From positions 274,449 through 338,448 of the forward strand of contig CBDICF010000002.1 of the NCBI GenBank assembly GCA_965277265.1: a DNA stretch of 64,000 bases, in the 5' to 3' direction. A program made the position numbers and the translations under genes. Positions 56,695-64,000 of the stretch are shown piece after piece. Each line of letters opens with the position of its first letter. The stretch's first letter is position 1. This DNA is from Edaphobacter sp. GTDB taxonomy: Bacteria; Acidobacteriota; Terriglobia; Terriglobales; Acidobacteriaceae. Below the pieces are notes generated by a model. It was not told the origin of the DNA, made no database searches, and saw only the letters and a list, made by a program, of their open reading frames with translations.

Positions 56695-57858
56695 GTGAGC
56701 CTTCAATTTTCAAAACGGACGGGCTGGGATGTAGGGGAGAGCGGGTTCGCGGCTGCGATTCGCGAGGCGCGGGCTTCGGGACGCGAGCTGGTAGACCTTA
56801 CCGTGTCTAACCCTACTGCCTGCGGGTTCGAATACGGTGCGGAGGCGATCTTGGGTGCGCTGGGTCGCCCGGCGGCACTGGCATACGACCCCGACCCGCG
56901 AGGGATGCGCTCGGCACGAGAGGCTGTGGCGGGGTACTACGCCGGACATGCGGCGGAGTTGGACCCGGATGCGCTTGTGCTGACGACGAGCACCAGTGAA
57001 GGATATGGATATCTCTTTCGGCTGTTGTGCGATGCAGGAGATGAGGTCCTGGTGGCGCAGCCGAGCTACCCGCTGTTCGATTTTCTGGCTGATCTGGAGG
57101 ACGTGCGTCTGCGGACCTATCCGCTGTTCTATGACTTCGGATGGTGGGTCGATTTTGCGGAGCTGGAGCGGAGGATTGGACCGAGGACGCGGGCGGTTGT
57201 GGTGGTCCATCCCAACAATCCCACGGGCCATGCTACAGGGGCGGCTGAAAGACGCAGGCTGGAGGAGATCTGTGCGCGGCATGGGCTGGCCTTGATTGTG
57301 GACGAGGTATTTCTTGACTATCCGGTGGAAGACCGACTGAAGCTGACGAGCTTCTCTGTGGGATCGCATCCGGTGTTGACGTTTGTACTGAGCGGAATGA
57401 GCAAAATCGCAGGGCTGCCGCAGATGAAAGTGGGGTGGATCGCGGGGTTTGGGCCGGACGCGGTTCTGGCCGAAGCGCTGGGGCGGCTGGAGGTGATTGC
57501 GGATACATTTTTGTCGATGAACGCTCCAGCGCAACTGGCGCTGCCGGTCTGGCTTGCGGGCCGGAGTGGGATTCAGCGGCAGATACTGGAGCGCGTGCGA
57601 GAGAATCTAGCCCTTGCCCGGGATGCCGGGGTGGAGACGCTCCGGGTAGAGGCGGGGTGGAGCGCAATTCTTCGGATCGTTCAAGGTGGAACCGGTGGGA
57701 GTGCGGATGAGTTGCTGCGGAACCTGGGTGTGGTGGTCCATCCGGGCTCTTTCTACGGAATTGCCGAAGCGGGCAGGGTTGTGGTGAGTTTAATCGGTCC
57801 TGCGGAGGACTTCGGGTCGGGGATGCAGAAGATTGCAGATGCGAGCTCCGGAACCTAG
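56695..57858 (+). CDS. PLP-dependent aminotransferase, class I/II
   Basis: PSYPLF, HPNNPTG, DEVFLDY, SGMSKIAGLPQMKVGW. Confidence 0.9.
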   Translation: MSLQFSKRTGWDVGESGFAAAIREARASGRELVDLTVSNPTACGFEYGAEAILGALGRPAALAYDPDPRGMRSAREAVAGYYAGHAAELDPDALVLTTSTSEGYGYLFRLLCDAGDEVLVAQPSYPLFDFLADLEDVRLRTYPLFYDFGWWVDFAELERRIGPRTRAVVVVHPNNPTGHATGAAERRRLEEICARHGLALIVDEVFLDYPVEDRLKLTSFSVGSHPVLTFVLSGMSKIAGLPQMKVGWIAGFGPDAVLAEALGRLEVIADTFLSMNAPAQLALPVWLAGRSGIQRQILERVRENLALARDAGVETLRVEAGWSAILRIVQGGTGGSADELLRNLGVVVHPGSFYGIAEAGRVVVSLIGPAEDFGSGMQKIADASSGT

Positions 57859-57970
57859 ATTGATAACATTTCACGTGACGCATGTAATGTAGCGGATAAG
57901 AAATGATGCGTAAGTGAATGACAATATTGATACATGGTCTGGCGCGACAGAGTTATGATGGAGAATCAAG

Positions 57971-58600
57971 TCAGCCCTGGAGGAAGGGATTCAATTCACG
58001 TTCGGCGCCTATGGTGGTCTTCAGACCATGGCCCGGGATCACAATCACATCGTCGGGCAAGGTGAGCAGGCGATCCTGGATGGATGTGATGAGCTGGCGG
58101 GTGTTGCCGCCGGGCAGGTCCGTCCGCCCGACGGAGCCGTGGAAGAGCGTGTCGCCCGCGAGGAGCAGCGCTTGGCCTGGGATGTAGAGGCAGACGCTGC
58201 CTTGAGTGTGACCGGGGGTGTGCAGGATCGAACCGGAGATCCCAGTCACCGCGATGAGCTTGCCGTCGTCGAGGGTGTCGTCGGGCGGCAGGACTTCCGG
58301 GGTGCTGATCCCGAGCCAGCCGGCCTGAATGTCCATCATCGTTACGAGCGGCAGATCGTTCTGGTTGTAGAGGATGGGAGCTCCGGTGAGCTGTTTGAGG
58401 TGAGCGGCTCCGGCGATGTGGTCGATGTGCGCATGGGTCACAACGATCTGCTTGACAGTGAGCCTGTGCTGACGAAGGACGGCCATGATGCGGGAGATGT
58501 CGTCGCCGGGATCGACAACGATCGCTTCGAGGGATATCTCGTCGCCGAGAATGGAGCAGTTGCACTGGAGCGGGCCGACGGTGAGGATTTCGTGGATCAT
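57971..58600 (-). CDS. MBL-fold metallo-hydrolase (glyoxalase II-like)
   Basis: THAHIDH, HTPGHT, GDTLF, PGHG. Confidence 0.9.
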   Translation of the reverse strand: MIHEILTVGPLQCNCSILGDEISLEAIVVDPGDDISRIMAVLRQHRLTVKQIVVTHAHIDHIAGAAHLKQLTGAPILYNQNDLPLVTMMDIQAGWLGISTPEVLPPDDTLDDGKLIAVTGISGSILHTPGHTQGSVCLYIPGQALLLAGDTLFHGSVGRTDLPGGNTRQLITSIQDRLLTLPDDVIVIPGHGLKTTIGAERELNPFLQG

Positions 58601-58687
58601 GCCTTAAGAATAAAGCCCCGATCACCGAGATGAACGGATCTGCGGATTGAAGTCAGGCGCGGATCAAAGCGAGTGCTTCGTTGAGGA

Positions 58688-59653
58688 TTACTTCAGGGCT
58701 GCGAGGCGGTCGTATTCGGCCTGGCTGATGCGGAGGAAGGAGCCGTGGCGGAGACCCGCTGGGAAGGTGGTCTGGCCGGTCGCGTCGGTCCAGCTTTTCA
58801 GGTCGGGGGAGAAGATCGCTCCATAATGCTGCGGATTCCGGTAGTGGTCGTAGTACGCGAGAAAACCGCCGGGAACCGGGATGATTGAGGCGCCTTCGGA
58901 CCACGTCTCAGAGATGGGTGCGCTGATGCCGGTCCAGGGACCTTCGAAGCTGGGGCCTTCGGCGGTCTGCAGGTGCTTCTCAAGCGGGGTCTTGCGTTCA
59001 TCCTTGAAGATGAGGTGGAAGCTTGGGTGCCTCGCGGTTCCGGCCTGAAGGAGCGTAGCGTCGATTACGCTATAACCGGGATCGAAGAAGACCTTTGCCG
59101 GGGCGAGATGGCTGAAGTCAGGGGTGGTGGTGAAGAAGATGCGGTGGTTGAGGTTGCCATCGCCGGAGCCGTCACCGGGAAACCGCTTGGGGATGGTGGA
59201 AGACCAGAAGATGAGCCACCGTTTGTGATCGGGCTCGTAGTAGAGGGCTGGAGCCCAGACGTTGAGGGCGGCAGGTTCATTGGCCATGACAGCTAGCTGC
59301 TGGGGTGAGGTCCAGTGGAGCAGGTCTCTCGAGGTAGAGTGTCCGATGACGGTGGGCGCGCGCCAGGACCATGTCCAGACCATGTGAAAGGTACCATCGG
59401 GCGCGCGCTGGAGGAAGGGGTCGCGGATGAGTTCGCTGGGCTGGCTGGGGCGCAGGATGGGTTTGCCTTGGTTGGCAAGAGCCCAGTGATAGCCGTCGGG
59501 GCTGATGGCGTAGTAGACGCCGTCTTCGCTATTGCCCTTGAAGCCGGCGAAGAGCCACGGACCTGTCGCGCCGGAATTGCCGGATTGCTGCATTGGGACT
59601 GCGGCGGCGCAGGCCAGTGCGGAGAGCAGCGTCAGAGCAGCAAGCTTCAACAT
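58688..59653 (-). CDS. Secreted glycoside hydrolase, GH43-like five-bladed propeller
   Basis: Signal peptide; RDPF, WAP, VIDAT, FKDE, SEG, RHGS. Confidence 0.8.
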   Translation of the reverse strand: MLKLAALTLLSALACAAAVPMQQSGNSGATGPWLFAGFKGNSEDGVYYAISPDGYHWALANQGKPILRPSQPSELIRDPFLQRAPDGTFHMVWTWSWRAPTVIGHSTSRDLLHWTSPQQLAVMANEPAALNVWAPALYYEPDHKRWLIFWSSTIPKRFPGDGSGDGNLNHRIFFTTTPDFSHLAPAKVFFDPGYSVIDATLLQAGTARHPSFHLIFKDERKTPLEKHLQTAEGPSFEGPWTGISAPISETWSEGASIIPVPGGFLAYYDHYRNPQHYGAIFSPDLKSWTDATGQTTFPAGLRHGSFLRISQAEYDRLAALK

Positions 59654-59728
59654 AGATGATGGGTCTGATTTGCGGACGCGTAAAAATGCGCAAGCTCTGA
59701 GCCTGCGCATGGTCACCTGAGAAGCGCG

Positions 59729-60040
59729 TTACTTCCTGGGCTTCGGAGGAGTGGTGGTCTGGGTGGTCGGGTGCGAGGCGGCACCGGAGAGAACGGAATG
59801 CTCTCCGCTGGCCCGCGAGAGCATGACGGTTAGCCCAATGGAGGTAAGCATGAAGACGATCGCGGAGTAGGTGGTCACCTTGGTGAGGAGACTGGCTGCA
59901 CCACGCGGGCCAAACGCTGTCTGAGAGCCCTGACCGCCGAAGGCTCCGGCGAGATCGGCCGATTTGCCCTGCTGAAGGAGAACAATGCCGACGATGAAGA
60001 GCGAGACAATCACGTGGAGAACTACGAGAAGATAAAGCAT
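59729..60040 (-). CDS. secG: Preprotein translocase subunit SecG
   Basis: VLLQQGKSADLAGAFGGQGSQTAFG, LLTKVT. Confidence 0.95.
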   Translation of the reverse strand: MLYLLVVLHVIVSLFIVGIVLLQQGKSADLAGAFGGQGSQTAFGPRGAASLLTKVTTYSAIVFMLTSIGLTVMLSRASGEHSVLSGAASHPTTQTTTPPKPRK

Positions 60041-60337
60041 CGGGCTAGTCTGGTGACCTCTTGAGATGTGTGCCTGAAGTTAACTTCCAGGGGATGTGCG
60101 AAAGGCAAGAAGAGTAGGGACCGAGCCGCTACGCCATGCGTCAACTGGTATAAAGTCTATCATCGGGCTTGCTGGAAGCCAAGAAGCCGATGCCAGAATG
60201 CCGGCCTGGCGGAGACACCGCGAACGGAAGTTCCTGCCGAAGCGGGCGCCCTTCTAATCAAATTGTGCAAGCTGGATTTCGCGATCATCTGGTGCTCACC
60301 CGGTCTCAGCGGAAATTCGTCAATTGCGGGAGGTCGG

Positions 60338-61951
60338 CTATGGAGTGGTTTCACACGCGAAGCTCGTAGCGGCTGTGATGTCGCCTCCTCGATACTTCGG
60401 CCAGCTTGGCCACGCGCACATCGGCCTCGTCCGGGCAGCTCCCTTGTTCTGGTCCGAAACGACCAGCCCACCGGGGGCGACGCCCCTGTCTGCCCAAGCA
60501 TCGATAACACCTACGGTATCGAAGCCCGCATTGAACACGCCTCGGCCATGGCCGTAGCCTGGGATAAGGTAAAGCCGCATGAACGCGTCTGCGCGGGTCT
60601 GTCCCATGGCCTCCACGATGCGCCGGTACAGCATGACCGAAGCCTCGGTCGGAATGGTGGAGTCAGCCGTGCCATGCACGAGGAGCAGCTTGCCACCGCG
60701 CCGCTCAAAGGGAGTCAGGTCCGCCAGACTGCCGTCGTCCTCGGCCGACTGTTGCAGGATGCCCGGAATCCAACGCCCGCCTGCGCCCCCGGTATTTGCA
60801 TCGAAGGTCAGGGCATTGAAGTGAGCGTCTTTCGTGAGGAAGAATCGTAGGACACCGTCTCCCACGAGGTAGTAGAAGGAGTTCAGCAGCACAATCGGAG
60901 GATGAAATGGATGATGCAGCAGACCCATGCTTCCCACCAGATCGGCGCCTCGTAGGAGGTTATAGCCCGGCTCCGAATCGATCCCGTTCTGAACTGTGAA
61001 ATCCGAAACCGACGTCGCCGTGAACGCCACGATCGTGCGCTCCTGGCCGTCCGACAGGCACCCTTTGCGATCCTTGCCGTCCGGGCAACGCAGGGTAGCC
61101 GCGTCGAAATGGCATCCGGCAGGATCGCTTACGATCCCATCTCTCAGACCGTCATGGGCGTCGCAGGCGTTGAGTACCGCGTCACGCAGCAGCTTTGTCT
61201 TCGCAGGCGGCAGCCACCCGGATTTGGTGTACATCGCCTGCGAGACGCGAATGAACTGGAGATCGCTTTCGATCTGGTTCCACGCAGCGTATGCTGCAAT
61301 GACGCCGTCGTAGTCGGCAGGCCAACGATCGACAACCTTCATGGCCTCGCGCCCTCCGGTAGAGCCGCCGATGAAGTACATGCGCGTAGGCACACTTCCG
61401 TAGTGGACTCTCATCACTCCCACGGCGACGTCATGCGTCTTCTTCAGGCCATCGGATGCGAAGTTTTTCCGCTGCTCCTCGTTGAGGGCGAACCGCGCGT
61501 TCAAGGCGTTTAGTATGTCGGGAAGAAAGAGATAATGATGGTGGTGGCCGGAGTCACTGCCGAAGGTTGCGTAACCCCTGGCAAGCGGTCCCGCTTTATG
61601 CTTTTCGCCAACAACAGTGGTTCCCAGTCCATCCGATTGCCGCAGATAGCCATTGAACGCGCCTCCCCCGAACTGCACCGCTTTGCTATTCCAGGCATCG
61701 GGTAGATTGATCTCGAATTGGATCGGGTCGGCCGCAGGATCGACCGACCGTACCTGCCCGAGAACTCTGCAGAAGCCGCCCCATGGTTTGCTGACATCTT
61801 TGGCGGAGGTGATGATTGCGCCGCGCGTCGGAAGAGCAATCTCGGCCGAATCGATCGTGCGGCCCTTCAAACTGCCGCATTTCCCTTGCGCTGCAAAAGA
61901 ACTTACTGCCGAAAACACAAATACCGCAGTCAGCGCCCACACACGTACCAT
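60338..61951 (-). CDS. Secreted tannase/feruloyl esterase family hydrolase
   Basis: FEINLPDAWN, SDSGH, GGSTGGRE, DYDG, HGTAD, PGYGHG, RTRPMCAWP. Confidence 0.9.
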   Translation of the reverse strand: MVRVWALTAVFVFSAVSSFAAQGKCGSLKGRTIDSAEIALPTRGAIITSAKDVSKPWGGFCRVLGQVRSVDPAADPIQFEINLPDAWNSKAVQFGGGAFNGYLRQSDGLGTTVVGEKHKAGPLARGYATFGSDSGHHHHYLFLPDILNALNARFALNEEQRKNFASDGLKKTHDVAVGVMRVHYGSVPTRMYFIGGSTGGREAMKVVDRWPADYDGVIAAYAAWNQIESDLQFIRVSQAMYTKSGWLPPAKTKLLRDAVLNACDAHDGLRDGIVSDPAGCHFDAATLRCPDGKDRKGCLSDGQERTIVAFTATSVSDFTVQNGIDSEPGYNLLRGADLVGSMGLLHHPFHPPIVLLNSFYYLVGDGVLRFFLTKDAHFNALTFDANTGGAGGRWIPGILQQSAEDDGSLADLTPFERRGGKLLLVHGTADSTIPTEASVMLYRRIVEAMGQTRADAFMRLYLIPGYGHGRGVFNAGFDTVGVIDAWADRGVAPGGLVVSDQNKGAARTRPMCAWPSWPKYRGGDITAATSFACETTP

Positions 61952-62070
61952 TCGTGACCCCATAAGAAAGAAACGCGAAAAACTTACACTGGCTGCCGGG
62001 CGCAAACAACTGGGCAGCCACTATCGGCGGCTGCCCGCACTCGCATTCGAGCGTCACACTGCATGCGGAT

Positions 62071-63840
62071 TCAGTTGTTGGCAGCAGCGGGGAGTTGGCC
62101 GTTGATCCAGCGGGTGGTGCGCGCATCGAGGATGTCGAGGGGCAGGGAACCGCCGCTGAGAATCTCGTCGTGGAAAGTCTTGATGTTGAATCTCGGACCG
62201 AGTTGCTGTTGAGCACGGTCGCGGAGTTCGCGGATCTTGAGCTGGCCGAGCTTGTAGCTGCAGGCCTGCCCGGGCCAGGAGATATAGCGGTCGGTTTCGG
62301 ACTGAATGGTGGGCTCGTCGATGGCGTGGGAGTTGCGCATGTATTCGACCACCTGCTCGCGCGACCAGCCCATGTCGTGAATGCCCGTGTCGACCACTAA
62401 ACGCACAGCCCTGAAGAGTTCTGAGCGCAGGCGGCCGTAGTCCGAGCCGGGGTCCTGGTAGAAGCCGATCTCCTTGCCGAGCTGCTCGGAGTAGAGCGCC
62501 CAGCCTTCCGTGTACGCGGAGTTGCCGCCGTGCTTGCGGAACTCGGGCAGGCCGGTAAGCGACTGGGCGATAGAGATCTGGAGATGGTGGCCGGGGACGC
62601 CCTCGTGGTAGGCGACGGCTTCATCGTTGATGAAGGAGCGCTGCTTGTAGTCCGATACCGCGACCGATACCCGGCCGGGGCGTTTGCCGTCGGGTGTGCC
62701 GCCCTGGTAATGGGTGGCCGCGGCGGCCTGAAAGGCGGGTATGGCTTCGACAGTGACGGGCTGTTTGGGCAGAATGCCGAAGAGCTCGGGAAGGCGCGGC
62801 TGCATCTGGTCGATGTACTTGCGGAAGTCATCGACGATGGCCTGCTCAGACGTCGGCTTGTACTTGGGGTCGTTCTCGATGTGCTCGCGGAAGCTGGCCA
62901 GATCTTTGTAGCCGTTGGCCTTGGCGAGTGCGGTCATCTCGGCGACGATGCGGTCGTATTCGCTGAGGCCGATGCGATGGATCTCGGCGGGGGAGAGGGT
63001 CGTGGTGGTCAGACGGTGGAGATCGGCCTGGTAGCGGCGCTTGCCATCGGGCAGGCTCTCGATAGAGAGGGTGGTCCGGCCATGGGGTACGTAATCCGTC
63101 TGGATGAAGGCGGAGAACTGCTTGTAGGCCGGAATAACTTCGGTCGTGACTGTAGTCGTGATCGCATCGGTGAGGCGCTTCTTGTCCGCATCGGAGAAGG
63201 AGGCGGGAAACTTCTTGAGGGGAATCAGAAAGGGATCAGAGCTGATGATGCCGTCGCATTGCGCGGGTATCTTCTCCGCCAGAAATGTGACCATGACCAG
63301 ATGGTCCTTGACGCCGGCCCGGAGGACGTCCTCCGTCTGGAGAAGCGCCCTGGGCATCTGGTGCAGGCGCGCGATGTAGTCCTCGTAGTGCTTCACGGAA
63401 TCGAGCGGGATCGAGAGCGGCAGGTCGGCTAGACCGGTATGGACGCCCCCCTGCGCGTTGATCGGCATCTCGTAGTTCTTCAGGTCGTAGTCGTCCATAC
63501 TCTCCTGCAGGTTTCGCAGGAAGAGGTCATGTGAGATAGTGTCCTGGTCGGAGAAACCTTCGGTCGAGATGGCCTTGATGCGGGCGAGATAACCGGCGTT
63601 GATGTCATGCCGGCGCGCGATTGCCGCCAGTGAGTTATCGCCGAGCTGGTCGTTGTAGCGATAGTCGCCGACCGCCGTGGCCAGTGTGGGGGAGAGTTTG
63701 AGATTTGTCTGCCAGGATTCGTCGAACAGGGCGTTCTGGGCGGCGAGGCGATCCCCGACCGGCTTGGGCGTCTGGCCAGGAGCGGCGAAGGCAGTTACGG
63801 TGAGCAGAAGAACAGAGGCGGCGAGCAGGTGAGGGCGCAT
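62071..63840 (-). CDS. DUF885-family secreted protein
   Basis: AYHEGVPGHHLQ, YTEGWALYSE, RAVRLVVDTGIH, RYISWPGQACSYKLG, FHDEIL. Confidence 0.9.
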   Translation of the reverse strand: MRPHLLAASVLLLTVTAFAAPGQTPKPVGDRLAAQNALFDESWQTNLKLSPTLATAVGDYRYNDQLGDNSLAAIARRHDINAGYLARIKAISTEGFSDQDTISHDLFLRNLQESMDDYDLKNYEMPINAQGGVHTGLADLPLSIPLDSVKHYEDYIARLHQMPRALLQTEDVLRAGVKDHLVMVTFLAEKIPAQCDGIISSDPFLIPLKKFPASFSDADKKRLTDAITTTVTTEVIPAYKQFSAFIQTDYVPHGRTTLSIESLPDGKRRYQADLHRLTTTTLSPAEIHRIGLSEYDRIVAEMTALAKANGYKDLASFREHIENDPKYKPTSEQAIVDDFRKYIDQMQPRLPELFGILPKQPVTVEAIPAFQAAAATHYQGGTPDGKRPGRVSVAVSDYKQRSFINDEAVAYHEGVPGHHLQISIAQSLTGLPEFRKHGGNSAYTEGWALYSEQLGKEIGFYQDPGSDYGRLRSELFRAVRLVVDTGIHDMGWSREQVVEYMRNSHAIDEPTIQSETDRYISWPGQACSYKLGQLKIRELRDRAQQQLGPRFNIKTFHDEILSGGSLPLDILDARTTRWINGQLPAAANN

Positions 63841-64000
63841 GGCTCTCAGCCTAGCAGAGCCTGAAGACGGCTGGCGAGCCTGAAATCTCACGCCGGATAA
63901 GCTTCGGAATCAATGAAGTACCGGATCCGAAGCATCCCCTGTTTCTTGCGTCTCAGGCAGAACACGAGCGAACGATGTCCTTCCGATCGCACCCCGGTTG

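Noticed and set aside
60040-60338. tRNA or ncRNA upstream of secG
   Set aside because: No cloverleaf, TTCGA arm or CCA end found.
63892-64000. Partial gene or hairpin GCTTCGGA/TCCGAAGC at the window end
   Set aside because: Too little context to assign a frame or function.

Overview
Core-chromosome segment of a GC-rich bacterium. The gene families present (two PEP-CTERM proteins, two TonB proteins, Tat sulfatase plus FGE, DUF885, GH43-like, A1 heme-copper oxidase) suggest Acidobacteriaceae; this is inference, not a database result. About 60 genuine CDS. Housekeeping genes include sir-cysG-cobA, phoU, gpmI, deoC, hpt, lgt, sua5, ileS-lspA-uvrA, holB, tmk, lpxD, a CCA-type nucleotidyltransferase, coxBAC, pdxT and secG. 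I found no tRNA, rRNA, CRISPR array, transposase or integrase. Most long extra ORFs in the track are antisense shadows. The main observations not visible in the ORF track are: (1) a leaderless 27-aa five-Cys leader peptide plus intrinsic terminator upstream of the sulfite reductase/siroheme operon, a candidate Cys-sensing attenuator; (2) an A1-type cytochrome c oxidase with the D-channel Asp replaced by Arg and the whole Mg-site ligand set replaced; (3) a dispersed non-coding element present twice, with helically phased GTGG units and a fixed-spacing 3-block tail; (4) a ModE-like palindrome between an HTH-TOBE regulator and an unknown outer-membrane protein gene; (5) a structured non-coding segment at 32.3-32.5 kb; (6) a tRNA nucleotidyltransferase with a histone-H1-like tail; (7) the uncharacterised radical SAM / DUF4130-UdgX pair split by an intervening gene; (8) widespread leaderless start architecture. 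All family assignments come from motif recognition by eye. No searches or folding programs were run.
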